From the IMG/VR virus record IMGVR_UViG_3300005764_000048, positions 1 through 34,276 of that record: a DNA stretch of 34,276 nucleotides. The stretch is one strand, 5' to 3'. Below the pieces are notes generated by a model, which saw only the letters and a list, made by a program, of their open reading frames with translations, had not been told where the DNA came from and ran no database searches. Positions 24,112-33,429 of this stretch are shown piece after piece. The number at the start of each line of letters is the position of its first letter. Position 1 is the stretch's first letter. The position numbers and the translations under genes are program-made. This DNA is from a virus (Duplodnaviria > Caudoviricetes).

Positions 24112-25731
24112 ATGCCCATTAGTTTTAACAATATCCCGGCCATGTGGCGCGTCCCACTCTATTGGGTCGAAGTTGATGGCAGCATGGCAGGTTTTCCAGA
24201 AATGGACTTGCGGTCGTTGCTCGTCGGCACGATGACGACGAAGAATACCGACGCGACTCTCAACGGCACTGGCGTGCCGGACGTTCCGATCATTGTGGGC
24301 CGCCAGATGGACGCGGACGCGTTGTTCGGACGCGGCTCTGAGCTTGCTTGCATGTGTCGCGCGTTCTTCGCGAACAATTGGGCTAACCAATTGTGGTGCG
24401 CGCCAGTTGCCGAAAGTACGGCGTCGACGCCAGCGACGGGCACGATCACAATCGGAACGCCGCCAACCGAAGCCGGGACGCTGCATCTTTACATCGCGGG
24501 CTACGCGGTGCCGGTCAACGTCACGTATCTTATGACGATTGCCGACGTGGCGACGGCGGTTGCCGACGCAATCAATGAGGATCAGATTGCTTACCCCGGA
24601 GCCATTGGCACGAATCCGAGCTTGCCGGTGACGGCGGTCGCGGCGGCCGGAGTCATTACCCTCCACGCAAAGGCGGGCGGCGTCTATGGCAACGGCATCA
24701 CCATGTCCGATAACTATTTCGGAAAGGTGGGCGGGGAAGTCATGCCTCCCGGCCTGACCGTCACGTACTCGGGCAAGACTCTCGCGGGCGGCGCGGGTGT
24801 GCCGCTGTTCAACAATCTCATCATGAACATGGGCGAGACACCGTTTGAGTACGTCGCGCTGCCCTACACGGATTCCAACTCGCTGCAAGCGTGGGAATAC
24901 GAATACGGATTTTCTGACGAGGGCAGATGGGGATGGATGCGCCAGTTATACGGACTCATCTTTAGCGCGAAGGCGGGAATCTATTCCGACCTTGTGACGT
25001 TCGGCCTCACGCGCAACGGCAAGACGACATCGATCCTGGCGATTGAGCCGGAAGCCCTGTCGCCGCCTTATGAGTGGGCCGCCGCGTACACCGCAAAGGC
25101 TGCGCGCGGTTTGACCAACGATCCGGCCCGTCCGCTGCAAACGCTGCACCTTGAGAGCATGATCCCCGCGCCGTTCCACATGCGCTGGAATCTTATGGAG
25201 CTAAACACGTTTGCAACGTCAGGCATGGCGACGCAACGCACGCTCTCCGACAATGTGCCGATGATCTCGCGGGAAACCACAAACTACCAACTGAATCTCT
25301 ACGGCTATCCCGACGATGCGTTTGAACTTGTGACGACGCTCGCCACGCTCGCGAAGCTCATTCGCAATCAGCGCTACGCGATCACGACGAAGTTCCCCCG
25401 CCACAAATTAGCAGATGATGGAACGCGCTTCGGAGCGGGACAAGCGATAGTAACTCCGTCGATCATCAAAGCGGAGCTTGTTGCTGAATATGGTATCGAC
25501 GAGTTCAATGGGCTCGTCGAGAATCTTCAACAGTACAAGAACCACTTGATCGTCGAACGCGATCCGAATGATCCAAATCGCGTAAATATTTTGTACCCCC
25601 CGGATTTAGTGAATCAACTCCGGGTCGTGGCCGTGCTCGCACAATTCAGATTGCAGTACGACCGTGGCATCGACGAAGCGATCATCACGACCGGTCAGGT
25701 TCAAATTGGCCAAGGCGCTGGCTTAGGCTAA
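24112..25731 (+). CDS. Contractile tail sheath protein (Mu gpL-like)
   Basis: ISFNNIP..RVPL..VEVD, LFGRGSELA.M, RWGWMRQLYG, DPARPLQTL, KFPRHKLADDG, PPDLVNQLRV. Confidence 0.95.
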   Translation: MPISFNNIPAMWRVPLYWVEVDGSMAGFPEMDLRSLLVGTMTTKNTDATLNGTGVPDVPIIVGRQMDADALFGRGSELACMCRAFFANNWANQLWCAPVAESTASTPATGTITIGTPPTEAGTLHLYIAGYAVPVNVTYLMTIADVATAVADAINEDQIAYPGAIGTNPSLPVTAVAAAGVITLHAKAGGVYGNGITMSDNYFGKVGGEVMPPGLTVTYSGKTLAGGAGVPLFNNLIMNMGETPFEYVALPYTDSNSLQAWEYEYGFSDEGRWGWMRQLYGLIFSAKAGIYSDLVTFGLTRNGKTTSILAIEPEALSPPYEWAAAYTAKAARGLTNDPARPLQTLHLESMIPAPFHMRWNLMELNTFATSGMATQRTLSDNVPMISRETTNYQLNLYGYPDDAFELVTTLATLAKLIRNQRYAITTKFPRHKLADDGTRFGAGQAIVTPSIIKAELVAEYGIDEFNGLVENLQQYKNHLIVERDPNDPNRVNILYPPDLVNQLRVVAVLAQFRLQYDRGIDEAIITTGQVQIGQGAGLG

Positions 25732-25745
25732 TAACGCGACTCTCG

Positions 25746-25778
25746 CGGGGGAGCTTCGCGCTCCCCCGTTTTCCATTT
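25746..25778 (+). terminator. Intrinsic terminator-like hairpin between sheath and tube genes
   Basis: CGGGGGAGC-TTCGC-GCTCCCCCG followed by TTTTCCATTT. Confidence 0.7.
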
Positions 25779-25830
25779 CGTTCTGCAACTGAAACTTCCG
25801 TGGCGGCATGTCACGGAGAAAGGATGAGCC

Positions 25831-26196
25831 ATGGCGCAGAGAATAGCAGGAGTAGCCTTCCTCAAGGTCGACGGCAATATGTATCCGCTACGCGGGAATC
25901 TCACGGTGTCACCGTCGCCAATGGAACGCGCGATGATCGCGGGTCAAGATTACGTACACGGCTACAGTGAATTGCCTCGCGTACCGTACATCGAAGGCGA
26001 CTTCTCGACCTTGCAAGGTTTGTCGGTTGAGCAAGTGGCGGCCATGACCAACGTCACGGTGACGGCCGAGCTTGCCAACAACACGAACTTTGTCTTGCGC
26101 GAGGCCGCCTGTCGTGCCGCGCTCGAAATCAACGCCCGCGAAGGTCAATATCGCGTGCGTTTCGAGGGCGTGCAATGCGACGAAATCCTACCCTAA
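25831..26196 (+). CDS. Tail tube protein (Mu gpM-like)
   Basis: IAG...KVDG, VHGYSE.P..PYIE, TVTAELAN, VRFEG; follows the sheath gene. Confidence 0.92.
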   Translation: MAQRIAGVAFLKVDGNMYPLRGNLTVSPSPMERAMIAGQDYVHGYSELPRVPYIEGDFSTLQGLSVEQVAAMTNVTVTAELANNTNFVLREAACRAALEINAREGQYRVRFEGVQCDEILP

Positions 26197-26230
26197 TCGC
26201 CGTTCGGCGTAATACCGGGAGAACAACGAC

Positions 26231-26728
26231 ATGACTGACGTGACTCAGAGCGAGCCGCGCGTGTGGACGCGTGGCGATACTGTCCCGCCGCCGCCCGATG
26301 CTTCGCGTCCGCTGCAAGCAAACGGCAACGGTGCGCAGCCGCAGCCGCAGCCGCAAGCGGCACCGCCCCCGCCCCCGCCGCAAGCCGCGCCGCAACAAGC
26401 GCAGCCGTCCGGCGACATCAAGGAAGAGCCGGAAAAGAAAGCCCCCGAAGGGCCATGGATCGGCAAGCTTCCGCTGCGCAAGAAAGTGCAGGCCCATGGC
26501 GATTGGGTCGAAGAGTTGACGTTCCGCGAGCCGACCGGCGGCGACATCGCGGAGTGCGGCGTGCCGATCTACATTGCCAACGGCATCTTGAAGATCGATC
26601 CCGGTCCAATGGAGTTGATGTTGTCGCGTCTCGCCGTCGTGACGCCGAGCACGATTCAAAAGCTGCATCCGAATGACTGGACAAGTGCCGCGTACATGAT
26701 CGCGCATTTTTTCATGCCAGACCGGTGA
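26231..26728 (+). CDS. Tail assembly chaperone (Mu gp41 / P2 gpE-like) with Pro/Gln-rich N-terminus
   Basis: L.K.V..HG...EELTFREPTGGDI..G.P, LA......I..L...D......FF. Confidence 0.88.
   Translation: MTDVTQSEPRVWTRGDTVPPPPDASRPLQANGNGAQPQPQPQAAPPPPPPQAAPQQAQPSGDIKEEPEKKAPEGPWIGKLPLRKKVQAHGDWVEELTFREPTGGDIAECGVPIYIANGILKIDPGPMELMLSRLAVVTPSTIQKLHPNDWTSAAYMIAHFFMPDR
26707..26713 (+). other. -1 ribosomal frameshift slippery site T TTT TTC
   Basis: In-frame X XXY YYZ heptamer (CAT TTT TTC); the -1 frame stays open to 26904. Confidence 0.75.
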
Positions 26729-26904
26729 TGTGCGAAAATTTCGTCATCAATTGCTACCGGCTGGCCGAGCGTTTCAGATGTGATCCCGAGCTATTTCTGA
26801 GCAAACCGTATTCGATCATCGACCGGCATTTCATTTGGTTGGAAAAAATGGACGCAGGCCAGCGCGCAGAGGAAGCGTGGCAGGAGAAGCTTTTGAATGG
26901 CTGA
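26728..26904 (+). CDS. Chaperone C-terminal extension (gpT / gpE'-like), absent from the ORF track
   Basis: MCENFVINCYRLAERFRCDPELFLSKPYSIIDRHFIWLEKMDAGQRAEEAWQEKLLNG in the -1 frame; overlaps the tape measure start by 8 nt. Confidence 0.75.
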   Translation: MCENFVINCYRLAERFRCDPELFLSKPYSIIDRHFIWLEKMDAGQRAEEAWQEKLLNG

Positions 26905-29900
26905 CGAACGTGCATCAATAACTATTGCTGTAAACGACGAAGCGTCGGCAAAGCTCAAAGAGATTTCCGACCAGCTAGAGTCTATTTATAAAAAGGCGTC
27001 GGAAGCTTCGAGGCAAGCGACCGAAAGCGCGAAGGCGTATCAGGAAGCGCACAACAAAAACAGACAGGGGTTCAGAGAAACCGAGGAAGCCGGGCAGAGA
27101 GTCGGCCAAGTCATTCGGAATGCGTTTACAGAGACGACCAAAGCGGCGCAAGGCTTGGGCTTCGCGATAGGACCGGTCACCAAAGGTTTGCAAACAGCCG
27201 CAGAAGTCGGCAAGCACTTCGCGCTCGCGATAGGCGGTGCAAATCTTGCCGTTGGCGGAATCATTGCTGCCGGTGCCGCCGCTGCCGCAGGCATGTACTT
27301 GCTGTCGCGGTCTTTCACCGACGCCTATCAGAAGGCCGAAAATTTCCGCCGTTTGTCGTTGATGGATCAGGGCACGATTGACCGGCTCACGAAGGCGCGT
27401 GAATTGGTCGGGATGACTGCCGAGCAAGCGCAGTCGTCCATGCTGAAACTCAACAACATGATGCGCGATCTCGCGACGAAAGGCCCGCAAGCGGAAATGG
27501 CGCGGATCGCGCGCGAGCAAATGGGGCCGGGCTGGTCGCGGGCGATCAATGAATTGCAGACGCAGATGCAGCGCGGCGTCATCACTTGGCAACAGGCAAA
27601 AGATAAACTTCTCGATTACATCGCGGCGCAGAAAGACCCGGAAGTCCGGCGCGCAGCCTACGAATTCTGGCACATTGATCCAATCGAAGTTGAGCGGCGC
27701 GAGGAAATCAAGCGGCACGAAAAAGATATTATTGGCACGTCGAAGGAAATGACCGAAGCGCAGAAGCGCCTCGCGGAGCAAACGGACAAGACGACGATTG
27801 CGTTTGGAAATTTAGCGACGAAGGTCATGAACGCGATTGGCCCGACCGCGTATAGCTGGCTTGAAAAATTTATGGCGGGCCTGGAAAAGACGGCCAAGAT
27901 TTTGAGCGGCGACATCAAGCCCCCCGCGCCCCCGCCGCCAACGCCGGAAGAACAGAATCGGGCCGATTGGTATGCGCGGCGTGCCGGACGTGGCCGCAGA
28001 GGCACGCCGTATGTGACAACTCCGGGTTTGTTTGAGAAACCGTCCGGCATCATACCGGGACCGGGATATTCGATTCAGAAATTCGGTGACTTCGGCGGTG
28101 CGGACTTTGGCGGAATTTCCGAAGAGTCGAAGGCCGCGCTCATCAACAATATCATGACGCCAGAGAACATCGCGCGCGGCGGTCGCCACGTCATCGACCT
28201 TCGCGGCAGCAACGCAGCGGGCGGCATGACCGGCGAGCCGATTGTGATTAACAAGCTGGCCGACGAACAGCGCCAGTCGACCGACTATCTGCGCGAAATC
28301 CGTGACGTGATGGAATGGATTCGGCAGACAATGCAGACGCAAGGCGGCGGTCAGGCTGGCGGCGGCACGCCGGGCACCGGTACAGGAGGCGGGGGCACCG
28401 GCTTCGGCGGTCGTCTCGGCGGCTTCGCTGGCGGCGGCGGCGGTGCGGCGCGCACGGGCTCGCCGTGGTTCGGCGGTCGCGCCGGTCGCGGCACTGGCGG
28501 CTTCCCTGGAAACATGCCGCAAGGGCAAGCCGGTTCGGGCCAAGACTTCTACAATCAAGCGCTCGCGCAAGTTAAGGCATCGGGCCTTGTCGGTCAGGTG
28601 CCGCCAGATGGTCGGCAGTTTGGAATCACCACGGGATCGGCCGAAGAGTGGGCGCGGTTCATGACCGGCGTCGCCAAAGCCGAGTCAAATTTCAATCCGC
28701 GCAGCACAAATCTTCAAGATGAAGGCGGCTCTTACGGCGTGCTGCAATATTCTCACCAGCAAGTGCCCGGCGGCAACGCCTACGATACCAACGCATCAAT
28801 CCAAGCTTTCATCCGCGACGCTCAGCAAGCGATGCGAAGCGGCGGCATCCGAAGCCCGGCGTCGCTTCTGCGCAGACGATTTAGCACTATCGGGAGTCAT
28901 CCCGAGCGCACGATCAGAAATCTAGTCAACTACGGCGCGCCAAGCCAAGCGCAGGACCAAAGCGGCGGTCAAGGTGCCGCGCAAGGCGGCGGCCAGCAAG
29001 GCGGCGGCGTGACGACAGCGCCCGGCGTGACCGGCGGTTCCTCGCCCGGCTACGTCAGCGGTACGGTGTCGCTTGGCGGCGAGACGTTTCATTGGGGCTC
29101 GGGCGGCGGCGGCGCGGGCTCGATCCCGTCCGGCACGTTCCCCATCAACTTCGGTGACATTGGCAACGTCGGTCGGCAGATTGGTTCAATCGCCGGGCTC
29201 GGCGGTCCAAGCGGCACGATTTACGATCCGAGACTTGGGCGCAATCGCGTCGGCATTCAGATTCATCCCAACACGCACGGCAGCGATCTCGACCGGCTCT
29301 ACACGGCTGGCTGTTTCTCGATCCCGCAAAACGAGTGGCCGCGTTTCCGCGCAAAGCTTTTGGAGCAAGCGCAACGAAATCCCGGCGGACTATTTTTGCA
29401 AGTCAACCGCAACGGCCAAGCGATCATCGGCCCGCGTACCGATCCGCGCTTGGCTCAACCCGCCCCCACTCAACAGGGGCCGCGCGCGCAAGCCAACCAA
29501 CGCAGTCCCGGCAGTACGCTCAGAAGTCGCGGCGGCGGCGGCGATTACGGCGGCGGCGGTGCGACGGCTCAGTATTTTACCGGCGGCCAAGACGGCGATG
29601 GGGCCGCCGCTCCCGGCGTCAATTTGACACCGGGGCGCGGCGGTCAGGCTGGCGGCAGCAATCGACGGTTGGTCTATGCCGATGGCAGCGGTGGCGCGAC
29701 GATTAGCCTTGCAAAAGATGACGACATTGTTGAGCGCTTGCTGCGCGAGCAATTGGCGAAACCGCGACCGGCGAGCCGATTGGGTACAGGCAGTCAGGGT
29801 GAGGATGCTGCGCGCGAGAACGTCGCGGCCGGTCGACACTTCTGGCAACTCGATCAGGAAGGTTTGAGAAGGTCGCGCGGGCGCACGGGCGGCGGCACGC

Positions 29901-30229
29901 AAGGCGAGGCGGCGGCGGCAGAGAATGTCCGCGAGGGCCGCCCGTTCTGGCAACTCGGGGATCGCGGCGAATCCCGCAGGCGCAAACGTGCGCCCCCATG
30001 GCATGTCACCGGCTCGGCGCTTGCCGGGGAGCACGGCGGTGCGGATCGCACGTCCGAGGACGTTGCCGCCGACGCGCGCGAGCGGCGCAACAAAGCCTCG
30101 CGGCTCGATGTCAATGTGAGCGCCCCGAAGGGCACGAAGGTGAATGCTGACGGCGGCGACGTGTTCGACAATGTGAAGATCAGACAGCAAGCGCAGATGT
30201 CCGAAAGTCACGATACAGGGGAAGAATAA
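26897..30229 (+). CDS. Tape measure protein with lytic transglycosylase-like and Tlde1/L,D-transpeptidase-like domains
   Basis: N-terminal I...D.AS..L..I and helical body; AESNFNP..GGSYGVLQY; GSIPSG.F.I..RVGIQIH-x12-TAGC; C-terminal LDVNV.AP.GTKV. Confidence 0.88.
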   Translation: MADERASITIAVNDEASAKLKEISDQLESIYKKASEASRQATESAKAYQEAHNKNRQGFRETEEAGQRVGQVIRNAFTETTKAAQGLGFAIGPVTKGLQTAAEVGKHFALAIGGANLAVGGIIAAGAAAAAGMYLLSRSFTDAYQKAENFRRLSLMDQGTIDRLTKARELVGMTAEQAQSSMLKLNNMMRDLATKGPQAEMARIAREQMGPGWSRAINELQTQMQRGVITWQQAKDKLLDYIAAQKDPEVRRAAYEFWHIDPIEVERREEIKRHEKDIIGTSKEMTEAQKRLAEQTDKTTIAFGNLATKVMNAIGPTAYSWLEKFMAGLEKTAKILSGDIKPPAPPPPTPEEQNRADWYARRAGRGRRGTPYVTTPGLFEKPSGIIPGPGYSIQKFGDFGGADFGGISEESKAALINNIMTPENIARGGRHVIDLRGSNAAGGMTGEPIVINKLADEQRQSTDYLREIRDVMEWIRQTMQTQGGGQAGGGTPGTGTGGGGTGFGGRLGGFAGGGGGAARTGSPWFGGRAGRGTGGFPGNMPQGQAGSGQDFYNQALAQVKASGLVGQVPPDGRQFGITTGSAEEWARFMTGVAKAESNFNPRSTNLQDEGGSYGVLQYSHQQVPGGNAYDTNASIQAFIRDAQQAMRSGGIRSPASLLRRRFSTIGSHPERTIRNLVNYGAPSQAQDQSGGQGAAQGGGQQGGGVTTAPGVTGGSSPGYVSGTVSLGGETFHWGSGGGGAGSIPSGTFPINFGDIGNVGRQIGSIAGLGGPSGTIYDPRLGRNRVGIQIHPNTHGSDLDRLYTAGCFSIPQNEWPRFRAKLLEQAQRNPGGLFLQVNRNGQAIIGPRTDPRLAQPAPTQQGPRAQANQRSPGSTLRSRGGGGDYGGGGATAQYFTGGQDGDGAAAPGVNLTPGRGGQAGGSNRRLVYADGSGGATISLAKDDDIVERLLREQLAKPRPASRLGTGSQGEDAARENVAAGRHFWQLDQEGLRRSRGRTGGGTQGEAAAAENVREGRPFWQLGDRGESRRRKRAPPWHVTGSALAGEHGGADRTSEDVAADARERRNKASRLDVNVSAPKGTKVNADGGDVFDNVKIRQQAQMSESHDTGEE

Positions 30230-30232
30230 AAG

Positions 30233-31624
30233 ATGGCTAACGGCTCGACCACAATTCAATTCCCGGCAGCGACGCCAATCGGCGTCGAGAAGATTCCCGA
30301 TCCGACGCAACTCCCGAAGTTTTCGCGCCGCGTGGTCTTTCCGTATCTCACGCGCGCGGTCATCAATATCAACGGGCAACTCTATTGGGAGTGGCAGTCG
30401 GTTTACGTGCGGATCGAGGAAAAGGCATGGCCGCCGCGCCATGCGCGCTTCACGTGCTCAGAGCAAGAGCCGATGGGCCAGAGTTGGGCGGCAATGCGCA
30501 TTCGTCCGGGCGACCGTTGCGACATTTGGCTCGATGGCGATCTTGTGCTGACAGGACAGGTTTGCACGCGACAGGTCTACTTCGATGCGCGCCAGCACGT
30601 CGTCGAGATTCAAGCCGTGGGCACGACGGCTGTGCTCGGCTACGGCACCGTGATCTCTCAAACCGGCGAGCAACGCAACGTGCAGCTAGTCGACGTGGTA
30701 CAGAAAGCCATAAGCCCATACGGGATTCAATTGCAGACGCGCGGGGAGATCAATCAATTCAAGTTTCCGCGCGTGGCTTCGAACAACGGAGAAAAAGTTA
30801 GCGACTACATCGGCAAGCACGCGCAAGCGCTCGGCCACACGACCGGAGAATCGAACGACGGAAAGCTAATCCTGTTCGGGACAAGCTTTGGCGGCGCACC
30901 GGCAACGCTAGTCCAGGGCGAGAATATCCTGATTGGCCGCGAGACGATTCACAATCTCTACATTGCGTCCGGCGGGACAACGCCGCAGCCAAGCGGCGGC
31001 GTTGATAGCGGCGGGGCCAGCGATGCGACCGGCGGCGGCGCGATTGAATCCCCCGCGCTGGCGCGAAACTACAAGCGGACGCGGCGACCGAGCATCGGCG
31101 TGCTCGACGACGGCAGCGGCGACGCTGGCGCTTTCGGCGGCGGCTCTGGCGGCGGCGACGGCGGTGACAAGGCTTACACCGCGACCGGCCAACGGCCGGG
31201 AACGGATGACGATTGGGGCGCGAAGCCGACGCATGGGACTTACGACCAGTCGGATTCGTCCGCGAAGTTTAGTGGCGGCTTCAAACCGTCTCAGGTCGTC
31301 AGCGAGATTCCGGCATGGGCGAAAAACATGCTGAAATTTCGCAATGGGATCGAGAACAACGTCGATGACGAGAATCAGATATACGTGACGATAACCGTGC
31401 TCGGTTGGCAACGGCCGGGACGACCGCCACTCGCCCAAGGACTGTGGGAAGTGGGCGATTTGGTCGACGTGGAATCCGACTGGCTCATCATGCACCGTCC
31501 GTTGAAGCTCAAGGCGGCGACGTTCTCGCAAGACAACGAGACGGGCACGCGCACGACGCTAGAGCTTGTAAACGCTGCCGCCGACACGCCGGGCAATGTT
31601 CCGCAACCGACCGGGAGTCCCTAA
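30233..31624 (+). CDS. Baseplate hub protein (Mu gpP-like) with Gly-rich insertion
   Basis: ING..Y..W.SV, PGD.C.I.LDG.LVLTG, GE....I...A, L..GENI, TV.GW....LW, GTRTTLEL. Confidence 0.88.
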   Translation: MANGSTTIQFPAATPIGVEKIPDPTQLPKFSRRVVFPYLTRAVININGQLYWEWQSVYVRIEEKAWPPRHARFTCSEQEPMGQSWAAMRIRPGDRCDIWLDGDLVLTGQVCTRQVYFDARQHVVEIQAVGTTAVLGYGTVISQTGEQRNVQLVDVVQKAISPYGIQLQTRGEINQFKFPRVASNNGEKVSDYIGKHAQALGHTTGESNDGKLILFGTSFGGAPATLVQGENILIGRETIHNLYIASGGTTPQPSGGVDSGGASDATGGGAIESPALARNYKRTRRPSIGVLDDGSGDAGAFGGGSGGGDGGDKAYTATGQRPGTDDDWGAKPTHGTYDQSDSSAKFSGGFKPSQVVSEIPAWAKNMLKFRNGIENNVDDENQIYVTITVLGWQRPGRPPLAQGLWEVGDLVDVESDWLIMHRPLKLKAATFSQDNETGTRTTLELVNAAADTPGNVPQPTGSP

Positions 31625-32554
31625 ATGCGCAACACGTTCGACGACACCGCGCGCCGGGTGATGACTTCGAGCAATGGTCGCGCCACCTTGCGCGAAGTCG
31701 ACGACAATCACTTGTGTCAGGAATGCAAGAGCGGAGACACCGGTTTCTCGCGCACGCACACCGATTTCGAAATGTGGCATCCGACCGGCATGACTTCGGT
31801 GCCGATGAAGCAAAAGCAAGATCAGCAACAGCAAGGCCAGCAAGGCCAGCAAGGCGGCGGCGGGCAAGGCGGCCAAGGTGGCGGCCAAGACGGCACTTGG
31901 AATAAGAAACAGCCCCAAGGCGAAGCCGCCGAAGCGATGGTCCTCTATATCAACGGCTCGGCAGCGCATCCGGTCGGCATGTCCAATGATCGCCGCGTGC
32001 GGCCTTACGACATGGACCCCGGCGAAAGCGCGCTCTATTCGGTCGATGGTTCGGGGCAGACCGTTTATCACCGCACGCGCGGCGACCAAAAAGATGGCGT
32101 CTATGTGCTGACCTGTGACGATCAGGGCGGCGGCCAGCGCGCCGATGGCTCGGCGCAGCAACAGCAAAAGCGCTTCGTGTCCATCCGTCATGCGAACAAG
32201 CCGAAGCAATCGCGCAAGCCGCAGAAGCGCGGGGCCGGAACGCAACTCACCCCGACGACGGCAATACTTGCCGATGGGCAGCAACAGCAACGCTACAAGC
32301 ACGAAGGCGATTCGGTGAATACCGAAGTGCAACTCACTAGCGGAAAAATCAACTTCAATGACGGCGGCGGCAACGTGGGATTCTACGACAACCAAAAGAA
32401 GGACTGGCTGCACCACGACGGAAAAGGCGCGACGCATTCGATGCGTGCCGACAAAGACCACTCGCACATCAAGCATGAAGGCGCTCACATTTGGGTCGAT
32501 GGCGCGTGCTGGTCGTCCATGCCGATTCAGATCAAAGGCGATCCCTGTTCGTGA
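31625..32554 (+). CDS. Baseplate assembly/spike protein (Mu gp45-like)
   Basis: EVDD....Q, P.G.TSVP, AEA......G...HPV....DRR.RP.....GESALY...GQ; Gln/Gly insert. Confidence 0.85.
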   Translation: MRNTFDDTARRVMTSSNGRATLREVDDNHLCQECKSGDTGFSRTHTDFEMWHPTGMTSVPMKQKQDQQQQGQQGQQGGGGQGGQGGGQDGTWNKKQPQGEAAEAMVLYINGSAAHPVGMSNDRRVRPYDMDPGESALYSVDGSGQTVYHRTRGDQKDGVYVLTCDDQGGGQRADGSAQQQQKRFVSIRHANKPKQSRKPQKRGAGTQLTPTTAILADGQQQQRYKHEGDSVNTEVQLTSGKINFNDGGGNVGFYDNQKKDWLHHDGKGATHSMRADKDHSHIKHEGAHIWVDGACWSSMPIQIKGDPCS

Positions 32555-33426
32555 GCACGTATTGGATTCACAGTAGCGGCACGGTTGCTGTAGACGACGC
32601 GGTGATGAAGGGAGTCGACGTTTCCGGCTTCCCGAGCAATTTGCAATTGATGATGTGGTACGGAAGCTATGGTGAGCTTCGGTACAAGGACGATGACCGG
32701 CTTCCGATCCGCGAGCGCGTCGCCAATCTTGCCGCCTTCGTTCATATCTTCGACCGCTGGATTCTCGCCGCAAACACGCCGCTGCCAACGGAATCCGGGC
32801 GCGCGTCGCCGCCGATAATCACGCTGGCGCAAGCGCAGTTTGTGAAAGGCCAATTGGTTTGGGGGCTCTACTACAACAAAAGCCAGCCGGTGACGCCCGG
32901 CGCGGCCCCTCCCGACAACACGGCTTCGGTCAACGCGGCGGTGCAAGGGCTTGCCGACAGTACGAACGCGGCGATTGATTCGATGAACTCGATCATTACG
33001 AATCTCGCTGCGCAAACGACAAATGCGATGGAAGGCTACGCCCAATCGAATACGGGCGCGCGCTCGGCCGATGCCCAAGCGCTCAACGCGAGCCTCGATG
33101 GTCAGCATGCAGGCCACACCGCAAACATTGCGATTGTCAACCAGAACTTCGTTACCGTGCAGAATGCCGGGTCCGTTCCGATGGGCAACGTCACGTCGCC
33201 GCAAGGCGGCATAAGCCCGGTTGTGATGCAGACGACGCACGTCGATGCTGCATCGGTCGCGCCGCTTTCCGCAGTGCCGCCGGTTTCAACTTCGCCGGTC
33301 TTGCCCGGCGGCGCGGCAGGCCCACACGATACGCTCGCGCCTATCCGCGACGCGCACTTGGGCAACGTCTATGCGCAAAGCTCGGTAGAAGGCGTGGCCG
33401 CTTACGACATCACCGCAGGATGGTAA
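32551..33426 (+). CDS. Hypothetical tail-region protein
   Basis: GTG 32551 overlaps the upstream stop; N-terminal W.G..GE..Y domain, Ala/Asn coiled coil, C-terminal YDITAGW resembling tail-fibre assembly protein ends. Confidence 0.7.
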   Translation: MSTYWIHSSGTVAVDDAVMKGVDVSGFPSNLQLMMWYGSYGELRYKDDDRLPIRERVANLAAFVHIFDRWILAANTPLPTESGRASPPIITLAQAQFVKGQLVWGLYYNKSQPVTPGAAPPDNTASVNAAVQGLADSTNAAIDSMNSIITNLAAQTTNAMEGYAQSNTGARSADAQALNASLDGQHAGHTANIAIVNQNFVTVQNAGSVPMGNVTSPQGGISPVVMQTTHVDAASVAPLSAVPPVSTSPVLPGGAAGPHDTLAPIRDAHLGNVYAQSSVEGVAAYDITAGW

Positions 33427-33429
33427 GAA

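Noticed and set aside
31808-31890. CAAGGC-rich short tandem repeats as a regulatory or contingency locus
   Set aside because: They encode an in-frame Gln/Gly low-complexity loop in the gp45-like protein; the units are multiples of three and imperfect.
8847-33240. Many long antisense or alternate-frame ORFs (e.g. 9936-10709, 12555-13370, 23776-24888, 29390-30442, 31559-32788)
   Set aside because: They shadow well-supported + strand genes, are Arg/Ala-rich with no motifs, and are expected in GC-rich DNA.
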